Shown here: positions 20,594-31,400 of the stretch, piece after piece
Position numbering within the stretch: the stretch's first letter is position 1
How the letters are laid out: every line of letters begins with the position of its first letter
Source: an uncultured Actinomycetota bacterium
Lineage (GTDB): Bacteria > Actinomycetota > Actinomycetes > Propionibacteriales > Nocardioidaceae
Assembly: GCA_963827025.1 (NCBI GenBank)
Contig: CAWGZB010000005.1
Location: 711,471 to 775,470 of the forward strand
Reading direction: 5' to 3'
DNA length: 64,000 nt
Notes under the pieces: model-generated
Told to the model about the DNA's origin: nothing
The model's input: the letters and a program-made list of their open reading frames with translations, nothing else
Databases searched by the model: none
Position numbers and translations under genes: made by a program

Positions 20594-21211
20594 TCATCGC
20601 TCGAGCCCCGAGACCAGCATCTCGGTGACCAGCTCGAGGAGCCGGGCGCGGTCGAGGCCCGCCGGGCGCTCGAGGGCGATGCGCAGGCAGGCGTTGAGGG
20701 TCATCCCCATCGCCAGGTAGAGCCGGGCGTCGAGCTCGGCGCGCGACATCCGGGGCGCGTGCCGCAGCACGAAGAGCCGGGTGAACTCGGTGAGCTGCCG
20801 CTCGATCTCGGGCAGCACGTTGGCCTGGGACCCCAGGGGCACCTCGTCGACCAGGGCCACCAGCACGCCGCAGTGCCGCTCCAGCGCGGTCACGAGCGTG
20901 GCGATCACCCGCGCGACCCCCTCGCGGGCGTCGAGGTCCAGGGAGTCGAGGATCACCTCGGTGAGGTCGGTCAGCACCTCCCGGTTCACCCGGGCGCGAA
21001 GGTGCTCGACGAGCTGGACCTTGTCGTCGAAGTAGCGGTAGAGCGAACCGATGCTCACCCCGGCCTCGAGGGCCACCCGGTTGGTCGACATCGCGGCATA
21101 GCCCTCGCGGGCCAGGACGCGAGCAGCCGCCGCCAGGATGCGGTCGACCATCTCCTGCGACCGCCGCTGCACGGGGCGTCGGCGCTGTCCCACGGGGCTT
21201 TCCGCGGTCAC
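20594..21211 (-). CDS. TetR/AcrR family transcriptional regulator
   Basis: N-terminal HTH: RRSQEMVDRILAAAARVLAREGYAAMSTNRVALEAGVSIGSLYRYFDDK. Divergent from the MpaB-like gene. Confidence 0.85.
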   Translation of the reverse strand: MTAESPVGQRRRPVQRRSQEMVDRILAAAARVLAREGYAAMSTNRVALEAGVSIGSLYRYFDDKVQLVEHLRARVNREVLTDLTEVILDSLDLDAREGVARVIATLVTALERHCGVLVALVDEVPLGSQANVLPEIERQLTEFTRLFVLRHAPRMSRAELDARLYLAMGMTLNACLRIALERPAGLDRARLLELVTEMLVSGLER

Positions 21212-21271
21212 GGAGCGCCGCGCACCGAACGCGAGTAGAAGTCGAGCATTCGCTCACTTTATGGTCTCGCC

Positions 21272-22555
21272 ATGGCGGCGACAACTGCTTCGACGGCCCC
21301 CACCGACCACCTCTCCCCCGGCCGGTACGTCGACCGGCCGGTGCCGCGCCGGTGGCGCGCCGACCCGCGCTGGTCCGAACGCGTCGCTGCGCCGCTGCGG
21401 CTGACCGCCGGACCGGGCGGCCGGCCCACGCCCCACGAGGTCCAGCGGCTCCAGCGCGGACTGCTCGAGCGCGACGAGGTCGCCGACGCCTTCGTGCGCG
21501 CCGTGCGGGAGGACCACTCGGTGACGATGGCCCAGTTCCGCACCGCGCTCGCGCACGGGGCGGACGCCCTGCCCGACGCGCCGCCGCCCCTGCGCGACCT
21601 CTTCTCGGCGGTCGAGGCACGTCCGGACTGGGTCCGGGACGACCTGCTCGACCGCGGGGCGCGGGCGACCAGGCGGATCGGCTGGGACGGCTGGGACATC
21701 CTCGCCTTCGGGTCGCTGCTCGGCGGCTACCGCACCGCTGCGGCCCTCGAGCCCCTGGCGCGCTCCGGGCGGCTCTCCAGCGCCACCACCCTGCAGCGCA
21801 TCGGGGAGACCGGCGACTGGTGGCTGGCGTGCACCGCGCCGGGCGGGATGCAGCGGAACCGGCCCGGGTGGCAGCTGACCGTGCACGTCCGGGTGATGCA
21901 CGCATTCGTGAACTACCAGCTCGAGCGTGCCGCCGACTGGGACTGGGACCTGCGCGGGGTGCCGATCAACGCCTACGACCAGGCGAGCACCCTGGGCACC
22001 TTCTCCACGTCGTACCTGCTGCACGCGCGTCTGCTCGGCATCCGGGTCTCCCGCGCCGACTCGCGGGCGATCATGCACCTGTGGTCCTACGTCGGCTGGC
22101 TGATGGGCGTGCCCGAGGAGTGGCTTCCGCACACCGAGACGGTGGGCCGACGGGTGCTCTACCGGATGCTGGCGAACGATCCCGGACCGGACCGCAACAG
22201 CCGCGACCTGGCCGCTGCGCTGATGCACACCCACGAGCACTACCCGGGGCTCTCGCCCGCCCGGCGGTTCTACGAGCGGGAACGGGCGCTGAGCGCGGCG
22301 ACCTTCCTGACCAGCCCCGGCGGCATGCGCGAGCTCGGGCTGCCGCGGCGGCCGCCGTGGTACCCGGCGTACCGCATCGGCAGCAACCTGTTCTGGACGC
22401 ACCTGGTCGGCAGGCTGCCGAGCGGCCACCGGCTGCTCGACCGCCGCGCGGCCAGGGCGCTCGACCGACGCATGCGCCTGCAGTACGGCGACCGCCGGCC
22501 CCCGATCGGCAGCGCCGAGCCGGTGGTCGCACCGGCCTCCCGGACCCGTCCGTGA
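21272..22555 (+). CDS. DUF2236 / MpaB-family oxygenase-like protein
   Basis: 427 aa. The central region ([26 protein letters not shown]....[13 protein letters not shown]....[13 protein letters not shown]) resembles the ER-bound oxygenase MpaB / rubber oxygenase (DUF2236) family. Assigned from memory of the family profile only. Confidence 0.55.
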   Translation: MAATTASTAPTDHLSPGRYVDRPVPRRWRADPRWSERVAAPLRLTAGPGGRPTPHEVQRLQRGLLERDEVADAFVRAVREDHSVTMAQFRTALAHGADALPDAPPPLRDLFSAVEARPDWVRDDLLDRGARATRRIGWDGWDILAFGSLLGGYRTAAALEPLARSGRLSSATTLQRIGETGDWWLACTAPGGMQRNRPGWQLTVHVRVMHAFVNYQLERAADWDWDLRGVPINAYDQASTLGTFSTSYLLHARLLGIRVSRADSRAIMHLWSYVGWLMGVPEEWLPHTETVGRRVLYRMLANDPGPDRNSRDLAAALMHTHEHYPGLSPARRFYERERALSAATFLTSPGGMRELGLPRRPPWYPAYRIGSNLFWTHLVGRLPSGHRLLDRRAARALDRRMRLQYGDRRPPIGSAEPVVAPASRTRP

Positions 22556-22646
22556 CCGCGCAGCACGCCAGGTGTCGGGACCCGTCCGGGCGAAGGATCG
22601 GCTCGCAGTAGTCTCCCGGTGGACCACCGGACCCCCGAGGAGAGTC

Positions 22647-24434
22647 GTGCCTGACGTCAAGCCGCTGAAGAAGGTGCTCATCGCCAACCGAGGCGAGATC
22701 GCCGTCCGTGTCATCCGCGCCTGCAAGGACGCGGGGATCAGCAGTGTGGCGGTCTACGCAGACCCCGACCGCGACGCGCTGCACGTCCGGCTGGCCGACG
22801 AGGCGCACTCGCTCGGCGGCGCCACTCCCGCGGACTCCTACCTGAGCATCGAGAAGATCGTCGAGGTCGCCAAGAAGGCCGGTGCCGACTCGGTGCATCC
22901 CGGCTACGGGTTCCTGGCCGAGAACGCCGACTTCGCCCAGGCCGTCATCGACGCCGGCCTGGTCTGGATCGGCCCGCCGCCGGCGGCGATCGACGCCCTC
23001 GGTGACAAGGCGAAGGCCAAGCACATCGCGGAGCGGGCGAAGGCCCCGCTCGCCCCCGGCACCAAGGACCCGGTCGAGGACGCCGACGAGATCATGGCCT
23101 TCGCCGAGGAGCACGGCCTCCCCGTCGCCATCAAGGCCGTCTACGGCGGGGGCGGCCGCGGCCTCAAGGTCGCCCGCACGAAGGAGGAGATCCCGGACGC
23201 GTTCGAGGCCGCCGTCCGCGAGGCCGTCGCGGCCTTCGGCCGCGGCGAGTGCCTGGTCGAGAAGTTCCTGGACAAGCCGCGCCACGTCGAGACCCAGTGC
23301 CTGGCCGACCAGCACGGCAACGTGGTGGTCGTCTCCACCCGCGACTGCTCTCTGCAGCGCCGCAACCAGAAGCTCGTCGAGGAGGCACCTGCACCGTTCC
23401 TCAGCGACGACCAGGTCGCCCAGCTCTACGAGTCCTCCAAGGCGATCCTGCGCGAGGCCGAGTACGTCGGCGCCGGCACCTGCGAGTTCCTCGTCGCCCA
23501 CGACGGCACCATCTCCTTCCTCGAGGTCAACACCCGTCTCCAGGTCGAGCACTGCGTCTCCGAGGAAGTCACCGGCCTCGACCTGGTCCGGGAGATGTTC
23601 CGGATCGCCGCCGGCGAGGAGCTGGGCTACGGCGACCCCGAGATCAGCGGCCACTCCATCGAGTTCCGCATCAACGCCGAGGACGCCGGCAGCAACTTCA
23701 TGCCCGCCCCCGGCACCCTGACCCGCTGGCACGCGCCGTCCGGTCCGGGCGTCCGGCTCGACGGCGGCTACGACCAGGGCGAGACCGTGCCCGGCTCCTT
23801 CGACTCCCTGGTGGCCAAGCTGATCGTCAGCGGTCGCGACCGCACCCACGCGCTGGAGCGGTCGCGTCGGGCGCTCGCGGAGTTCGTGGTCGAGGGGATG
23901 CCCACGGTCATCCCCTTCCACCTCGCGGTGGTCGACGACCCGGCGTTCATCGGCGACGGCGAGAAGTTCGACGTCTACACGCAGTGGATCGAGACCGACT
24001 TCGACAACCAGATCCCGCCGTACTCCAGTGGAACTGCTGACGAGGAGGCTGCTTCTTCAGAGGAGCGCCACAAGGTGACCGTCGAGGTCGGCGGCAAGCG
24101 CCTCGAGGTGGTTCTTCCCGGCGGTCTCGCCGCGGTGGGCGGCTCGGCCGGTGGTGCCGGCGCGAAGAAGCCCAAGCGCGCCAAGGCCAAGAAGTCGGCC
24201 GGCGCGGTCTCCGGCGACGCGGTCGCCTCGCCGATGCAGGGCACGATCGTCAAGGTCGCGGTGGGCGAAGGAGACTCCGTGGAGGAGGGCGACACGATCG
24301 TGGTGCTCGAGGCCATGAAGATGGAGCAGCCCCTGAAGGCCCACAAGGCCGGCACGGTCACCGGTCTCGACGCCGAGGTCGGTGCCACGGTGGGCAACGG
24401 CGCGGTGATCTGCGAGATCAAGGACGCCGAGTAG
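22647..24434 (+). CDS. accA: Acyl-CoA carboxylase alpha subunit (biotin carboxylase + C-terminal BCCP domain)
   Basis: GTG at 22647 is preceded by GAGGAG. BC motifs [39 protein letters not shown]-terminal biotinyl motif [12 protein letters not shown]. Confidence 0.9.
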   Translation: MPDVKPLKKVLIANRGEIAVRVIRACKDAGISSVAVYADPDRDALHVRLADEAHSLGGATPADSYLSIEKIVEVAKKAGADSVHPGYGFLAENADFAQAVIDAGLVWIGPPPAAIDALGDKAKAKHIAERAKAPLAPGTKDPVEDADEIMAFAEEHGLPVAIKAVYGGGGRGLKVARTKEEIPDAFEAAVREAVAAFGRGECLVEKFLDKPRHVETQCLADQHGNVVVVSTRDCSLQRRNQKLVEEAPAPFLSDDQVAQLYESSKAILREAEYVGAGTCEFLVAHDGTISFLEVNTRLQVEHCVSEEVTGLDLVREMFRIAAGEELGYGDPEISGHSIEFRINAEDAGSNFMPAPGTLTRWHAPSGPGVRLDGGYDQGETVPGSFDSLVAKLIVSGRDRTHALERSRRALAEFVVEGMPTVIPFHLAVVDDPAFIGDGEKFDVYTQWIETDFDNQIPPYSSGTADEEAASSEERHKVTVEVGGKRLEVVLPGGLAAVGGSAGGAGAKKPKRAKAKKSAGAVSGDAVASPMQGTIVKVAVGEGDSVEEGDTIVVLEAMKMEQPLKAHKAGTVTGLDAEVGATVGNGAVICEIKDAE

Positions 24435-24447
24435 GCCCCCAGCCCGT

Positions 24448-24497
24448 GGGACGTCCTCGGAGCTCGCGGCAAGAGCGACGAGGAGGTACGACGTCCC
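24448..24497. terminator. Imperfect long hairpin between convergent accA and SDR genes
   Basis: GGGACGTCCTCG (24448-24459) pairs with CGAG (24479-24482) and GACGTCCC (24490-24497), leaving an internal bulge. Confidence 0.3.
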
Positions 24498-24504
24498 GAA
24501 GGGG

Positions 24505-25314
24505 TCAGCGCAGGCCGGGATGTCCCTTGGCCACCACGCTGGCCAGGAGCCGCTTGGGCACCACGTTCGCGAAGGCTGCCGCCGCCCGGTTGGCGGCGCC
24601 GGGGATGACCACCTGGGTGCCTCTCGCCAGCCCCGCCACGGCCGTCCTGGCCACCTCCGGCGCCGACACCCACATGAACGAGGGCAGCGTCTGCTCGGCC
24701 TCACCCTCGCCGAAACCGGCCGCCTCCTCGAAGCCCGTCTTGACCGGGCCCGGACACAGCGCGGTCGCATGGACACCGGTGCCGGCGAGCTCGGCGGCCA
24801 GGCTTCGGGTGTAGGAGAGCACGAACGCCTTGGCGGCGCCGTACCCCGCCTGACCGGGAAGTGGCTGGAACGCCGCCGTCGAGGCGACGTTGAGCACCGC
24901 TCCCTCGCCACGTTGCACCATGCCCGGCAAGAAGCGCGTGCACAGGTCGGCCACGGCGACCACGTCGAGCTCGAGCATGTCGACCTCGCCGGACGGGTCG
25001 GCCTTGTGCACCGGCCCCAGCGTCGAGTAGCCCGCGTTGTTGACGAGGACGGAGGCGGTGAGTCGCCGCGACTCCAGCTCCGGCAGCAGGGCAGCGCGGG
25101 CTTCCCGGTCGGACAGGTCGGCGGGCAGGACTGCGACCTCGCGGCCGCTGCCCCGCAGCTCCCGGGCGAGCGCCTCGAGCCGGTCCGCCGACCTGGCCAC
25201 CAGGGCCAGGTCGTGGCCCCGCCGGGCGAGCTCACGAGCGATCTCGGCGCCGATCCCCGAGGAGGCACCGGTCACGACGGCGACGTGGCCCGGCCCGGGC
25301 GCAGGAAGGCTCAT
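24505..25314 (-). CDS. SDR family oxidoreductase (short-chain dehydrogenase/reductase)
   Basis: TGASSGIG cofactor motif, NNAG, and the YGAAKAF catalytic YxxxK. Divergent from fas. Confidence 0.85.
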   Translation of the reverse strand: MSLPAPGPGHVAVVTGASSGIGAEIARELARRGHDLALVARSADRLEALARELRGSGREVAVLPADLSDREARAALLPELESRRLTASVLVNNAGYSTLGPVHKADPSGEVDMLELDVVAVADLCTRFLPGMVQRGEGAVLNVASTAAFQPLPGQAGYGAAKAFVLSYTRSLAAELAGTGVHATALCPGPVKTGFEEAAGFGEGEAEQTLPSFMWVSAPEVARTAVAGLARGTQVVIPGAANRAAAAFANVVPKRLLASVVAKGHPGLR

Positions 25315-25385
25315 GGAGCGGACCGTACCCGTGCCCGCCCCGGACAGCGAGCGGCGTCTCGGAAGCTACCGAAGAGTATGAGGAA

Positions 25386-25447
25386 GTTCTCAGAAAAAAT
25401 GCGAGGCTAGATTCGGGTTCGCGCAGAGAACATGATGTAATCCTCAG
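25386..25447 (+). promoter_or_regulatory. AT-rich putative fas promoter/operator region
   Basis: This is the lowest-GC stretch in the area. Candidate -10 boxes are TAGATT (25408-25413) and TGTAAT (25434-25439, 8 nt before the fas ATG, which could give a leaderless mRNA). The inverted repeat GTTCTC (25386-25391) / GAGAAC (25426-25431) brackets TAGATT. There is no Shine-Dalgarno before the ATG. Confidence 0.3.
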
Positions 25448-28400
25448 ATGACTTCGTTCCTCACCTCGACCTCCACCCAGCCCGAGCCCGACCACCCGAC
25501 CGACCGGTCGACCGCCGCGCGCACCCTGGCCGAGGAGCTGGCCGCCGAGGAGTTCGTGCTCGCCTTCGCAGGACAGGGCGCGGACTGGCTGGACACCGTG
25601 CGCCGGCTGGCCGAGGAGGACCCCGCGGCCGGCCGGCTCGACCAGCTGGTCGCCGCCTCCGCGGCCGCGGTGGCGCCGGTCGACGGTGAGCTCGTCGCCG
25701 CCCTCCCCCGGCCCTTCGACCCGTCCGGGTGGTTGGGGGCGCAGCCTTCGCCGCAGGACCTGGTCACGCCCTCTGTCTCGGTGCCCGGCGTGCTGCTCAC
25801 CCAGCTGCTCACCCTCGACCACCTCGCCGTCGAGGGTCTCGACCTGGCGCACACCGCCCCGGCCGCCGCAGTCGGCCACAGCCAGGGCATCCTCGGTGTC
25901 GCGGCATTCGCCGGCCGCCGGGAGGGGACGGGCCATCGCGGTGACGTCGAGATCCTGGCGATCGCCCGACTCGTGGGCGCCGCCGCCACGCTCGTCGCCC
26001 GGCGCCACCGTCTCGCCGGTCACGGCCCGGACGGCCCCATGCTGGCCGTCAACGGGGCGACCCGCCCCGAGCTCGAGGCCCTGCTCCCCGACGGCGCCGT
26101 GATCGCGGCGGTGAATGGTCCGCGCCACCTGGTGCTCAGCGGCATGCCGCAGGCCCTGCGGCAGCTGCGTACGGCGGTCGAGCGTCGCCGCGACACGGAC
26201 CGCGCCGAGGTGGACCTCAAGCGACGGGGCGGCCGCCTCCTCGACCCCACCATGGAGCCCGTCGCCGCCGCCGCCGGTTTCCACCACCCCGGGCTGGCCC
26301 CGGCGGTCGACCTCGTCGGCGCCTGGGCCGAGCGCTGCGGGCTGGACCGTGAGCTCGCCGAGCACCTCGCCCGCGCGATCTGCGTGGAGCCGGTCGACTG
26401 GCCGCGGGAGCTGACCGACGCGGTCGGTGAGCGCACCCGCTGGGTCCTCGACGTGGGGCCCGGCGAGGTGACCGCACGCCTGACTGCGCGCGCGCTGCGT
26501 GGCCGTGGCGTCACCGTCGTGCCCGCCGCGACCCCCACGGGCCGTGACCAGCTGTTCACCGCCGGCGCCGAGGTGGAGCGCGCGGGTGACTGGTCGACGT
26601 ACGCCCCGCGACTCATCGACCGAGGCGACGGCCGCCCCGTGGTCGACACCGCGTTCACGCGGCTGACCGGCAAGTCCCCGATCCTGCTGGCCGGCATGAC
26701 GCCCACCACGGTGGACCCGGAGATCGTGGCGGCGGCCGCGAACGCCGGTCACTGGGCCGAGCTCGCCGGCGGCGGACAGGTCACCGAGGCCATCTTCGAG
26801 CGCAACGTCGGCCGGCTCACCGAGCTGCTCGAGGAGGGCCGGACGGCGCAGTTCAACGCACTCTTCCTCGACCCCTACCTGTGGAAGCTACAGGTCGGCG
26901 GCCGGCGGCTGGTCCAGAAGGCGCGGCAGGCCGGCGCACCCTTCGACGGGTTGGTCGTCAGCGCCGGCATCCCCGACCTCGAGGACGCGGTCGCGCTCGT
27001 CGACGACCTGCAGGAGGCCGGACTGACCCACGTGGTGTTCAAGCCCGGCACCGTGCGGCAGATCCGCCAGGTCCTCGCCATCGCCCGTGAGGTTGCCACC
27101 CCCCTGGTGGTGCACATCGAGGGCGGCGCGGCCGGCGGCCACCACTCCTGGGAGGACCTCGACGAGCTGCTGCTGGCGACGTACGCCGAGCTCCGGGAGG
27201 TGCCGGACCTGGTCGTGTGTGTCGGCGGCGGCATCGGTACGCCGGACCGGGCGGTGGAGTACCTGACCGGTCGCTGGTCGGTGGCCCACGGCGAGGCGCC
27301 CATGCCGGTGGACGGCGTCCTGGTCGGGACCGCGGCGATGGCCACCCGGGAGGCGACCACCTCGGCGCAGGTCAAGCACCTGCTCGTGCAGACCCCCGGC
27401 ATCGAGACCGGCTGGGTCGGCGCCGGCACCAGCGCCGGCGGGGTGACGTCGGGACGGAGTCAGCTGGGCGCGGACATCCACGAGGTCGACAACGCGGCGT
27501 CGCGGTGTGGCCGGCTCCTCGACGAGGTGGCCGGAGACGCCGAGGCCGCGCTGGCTCGCAAGGAGGAGCTGGTCGCGGCGATGGCCGGGACCTGCAAGCC
27601 CTACTTCGGCGACGTGGCCGAGATGACCTACGAGCAGCTGCTGCGCCGCTACCTCGAGCTCGCCGGCCCCCGGCCCTCGACGAGCCCGGTCACCGCAAGG
27701 GGTTGGCTGGACGTCACCTTCGCCGAGCGCTTCCAGGCGCTGCTCGACCGGGCGGTGGCCCGGCTGCACCCGGAGGCCTCGGGTCGGGTCCCGCGGATCG
27801 AGCTCGACCTCTCCGACCCCGCCGCTGCGGCGGCCGCCGTCGACACGCTCGTGGCACAGTTCCCGCAGGCGGCGGACTGCCGGCTGCACCCGGCCGACGT
27901 GCACCACTTCCTCGAGGTGTGCCGGCGCCTCGGCAAGCCCGTCACCTTCGTCCCGGTGATCGATGCCGACGTACGCCGGTGGTGGCGGTCGGACTCGCTG
28001 TGGCAGGCCCACGACGAGTCCTACGGGGCCGACCAGGTGATCGCCATCCCCGGCCCGGTCGCGGTCGGTGGGATCACCGAGGCCGACGAGCCGGTCGCCG
28101 ACCTGCTCGACCGCTTCGAGGCCGCGGTCGCCGACGCGGTCGGTGACGCCACACCGGCAGCTGCGGCCGCCAGCCGGACCACCGTCGGCGCGGACACCAC
28201 GCTGCTCGATGCGGCCTACGACGCCAGCGACGTGGTGTGGGCGGGCCGGGTCGTGCCGAACCCGCTGCACCGGCTGACCGACACCGGCGCCGAGCTGGTG
28301 CCGGACGGGCCTCGCGGGGCGGTGCTGCGGGTGCCGCTCGGCGGCGACGACCTGCGCCTGCGGCTTGATCTCTCGGGCGTGCCGCAGGGTCGCCTCCCCG

Positions 28401-31400
28401 TCGTCACCGAGGAGGCGGCGACCGCGGCGATGGGCGAGCTGCTCACCCGGACCGCCGGCGGAGAACTGCCCGAGCTAGTGGAGGCCCCCGCCGGCGGTTG
28501 CGCCACCCGGACGGTGGCGTGGTCCCCGGACCTCGCTGCCGACCACGCTGCCGTCACCGACCCGGTGCGCCGGCGCCGCGAGGAGCGGACGGAGCCGGAG
28601 ACCGGCACCGTCCCCGACGCGCTCGTGGGCCTGGCCTGGCCGGCCGTGTTCGCCTGCATCGGGCCGGTCGAGGGCCTGTTGGACCTCGTGCACCTCGACC
28701 ACCGGATCGAGATCGCGGGTCCGGAGGTGCTGGCCGGGCTCGAGCAGGCGAAGCCGGTCACCGTCACTGCGAGCCGGGCCGGGGTCACGCACACCGGCGC
28801 GGGTCAGGTGATCGAGGTGCACGGGGAGCTGACGTCCGCGGACCAGCAGCTCGCGACGCTGCACGAGCGGTTCCTCGTGCGGGGCCGGGGCGGCGCCGAG
28901 GATCTGACTGCACCGGGCTCCCTGGCGCCGGACGCCGTCGACCGCCCGCGGGCCCGGCTCGACCGCTGCACGCTCACCGCACCGGAGCACCTCGGTGCCT
29001 TCGCCGCGGTCAGCGGCGACCACAACCCGCTGCACACCGAGCTCGCCGCCGCCCGGCTCGCCGGGTTCGACAGCCCGATCGTGCACGGCATGTGGCTCTC
29101 CGCGGTGGCCCAACGTCTCGCTGCCGGCGCCGGGGCGGTGCACCGGCCGCGGCAGGTCCGCAGCTGGCTGGCCCGCTGGGTGGCGCCGCTCCTGCCCGGG
29201 CAGGAGGTCGAGGTCATCGTCGAGCGCACCGGGGTGCGCGCAGGCGACACCGTCGTCGAGGTGAGCTGCCGCGCCGCCGGAGAGCTGGTCATGGTCGCCG
29301 AGGCCGTGCTCGCCGCTCCCCTCACGGCCTACGCCTTCCCCGGTCAGGGCATCCAGAGCCAGGGCATGGGGCTCGACGCCCGCTCCCGCTCCGCCGCTGC
29401 CCGCGAGGTCTGGGACCGCGCGGACCGGCACACCCGCGAGGCGCTCGGCTTCTCGATCCTGGCCGTCGTACGCGACAACCCCACGGAGCTGGATGCCGAG
29501 GGCGAGGCGCACCGGCACCCCGACGGCGTGCTGTTCCTGACCCAGTTCACCCAGGTCGCGATGGCCACGCTCGCGGTCGCGCAGGTCGCCGAGCTGCGCG
29601 AGGCCGGCGTGTTCGTCGAGGGCGCGGTGAGCTGCGGGCACTCGGTCGGTGAGTACAACGCTCTGGCCGCGGTCACCGGCATCCTGCCGCTCGAGGCGCT
29701 GCTGGAGATCGTGTTCCGCCGCGGCATGGCGATGCACCACCTGGTGCCGCGCGACGCACAGGGGCGCAGCGACTTCCGGCTGGCCGCGATCCGCCCTGCG
29801 CAGGCCGGCCTGGCCGACGACGAGGTCACCGGCTTCGTCGACGAGTTGGCTGCGCGGACCGGCGAGTTCCTGCAGATCGTCAACTTCAACCTGCGCGGCT
29901 CGCAGTACGCCGTCGCCGGCACCGTCGCCGGTCTCGAGGCCCTCGAACGCGAGATCGAGCGGCGTCGGGCCGAGGCCGGTGGCAAGCCGGCCTTCATCCT
30001 GGTGCCGGGGGTCGACGTGCCGTTCCACTCCGAGCAGCTGCGGGCCGGCGTGCCGGAGTTCCGCGCCCGGCTCGAGGGGCTGCTGCCCGAGCGGATCGAC
30101 GCAGGCATGCTGGTGGGCCGCTACATCCCCAACCTGGTGCCGCGGCTGTTCACCGTGGACCGGGACTACGTCGCGGAGGTCGCAGCGTACGTCGACGCGC
30201 CGGCGCTCGACGCCGTGCTCGCGGACTGGGAGCAGGCCTGCGCCGACCCGGACCGGCTCGCGCGGACCCTGCTCGTCGAGCTGCTCGCCTGGCAGTTCGC
30301 CAGCCCGGTGCGCTGGATCGAGACCCAGGATCTGCTCCTCGGCTCTGCCGAGCAGGGCGGCCTCGGGGTCGAGCAGCTGGTGGAGGTCGGAGTGGCCAAC
30401 GCGCCCACCCTGGCCAACCTGGCCGCGCAGACGACGCGGCTGGCGTCGTTCACCGGGTCGGTCCCGCGCATCCTGAACTCCTCCCGCGACGCCCAGGCGG
30501 TCCTGGCCGAGGACGCCCCCCTTCTTGACCCCGACGACGAAGACCCGCGAGGCGTCGCAGATGTGCACGCCGAGGACGCCGAGGCGTCGCAGAAAGGCGG
30601 CGAATCGACCGGCGAGCACACATCTGCGACGCCTCAGCAGGCTGTCGACGCACATCCGCGACGCCTCGGCGAAGAGAGTGAGCGGCCGGCCGACCTCACC
30701 TTCACAGCGGCCGATGCGACCGCGCTGCTGGCGGCGCTGCGCACCAAGGTGCGGCTCGACCAGATCGGCCCGGCCGACACGATCGAGGCCCTCTGCGACG
30801 GCGTGTCCTCGCGGCGCAACCAGGTGCTCGTGGACCTCGGCGCGGAGCTCTCGCTCGGGGCGATCGACGGTGCGGCCGAAGCGGACTGGACCTCGCTCGC
30901 CGCGACCGTGGACAAGCTGGCCCGCGGCTACACGCCCTTCGGGCCCGTGCTGACCGAGGCGGTCGCCGAGCAGCTGCGCAGCTTCGCGCAGTCCTCGGGG
31001 GCACGTCCGTCGGCGATCACCGACCGGGTGCGCGACACCTGGCAGCTCGGGGCGGGCTGGGTGGCACACGTCTCGGCCGCCCTGGCCGCCGGCCTGCGCA
31101 GCGGCACGTCGACCCGCGGAGGCGACCTCGGGTCCGACCTTCCCGCGGACCTCGACGGTGCGGTCGACCAAACCGTCCAGCAGGTGGCGGCCGCCCAGGG
31201 CGTGCAGGTCGCACTCCCTGCGAGCGGGGGCGCGGAGGCCACCGTCGACGCAGCCGCGCTGGGTGAGCTGACGGCGGAGATCACCGGCCCCGACGGGGTT
31301 CTGGCGAGCACCGCACGGCACCTGCTCGGACAGCTCGGCATCCGCCCCGACGATGCATCCGCCGAGGACGACGGCGACCTCGACGCCGGCCTGGCGCGAC

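Noticed and set aside
20009-24497. The octamer GGACGTCC recurs in the icmA palindrome (20009-20016) and in the accA/SDR hairpin arms (24449-24456, 24490-24497), which might indicate a shared motif.
   Set aside because: It is a short self-complementary GC-rich octamer, expected by chance in this composition. The flanks are unrelated.
28475-31321. Very long ORFs lie antisense to, or out of frame with, strong genes. Examples: 28475..31321(-) 948 aa; 50918..53947(-) 1009 aa; 36232..39357(+) 1041 aa; 6665..9034(-) 789 aa; 1599..3224(-) 541 aa.
   Set aside because: This is the typical artefact of very GC-rich DNA, which has few stop codons in any frame. The translations are Arg/Gly/Pro/Ala-rich with no family motifs. 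Each region is fully accounted for by a motif-supported gene in another frame.
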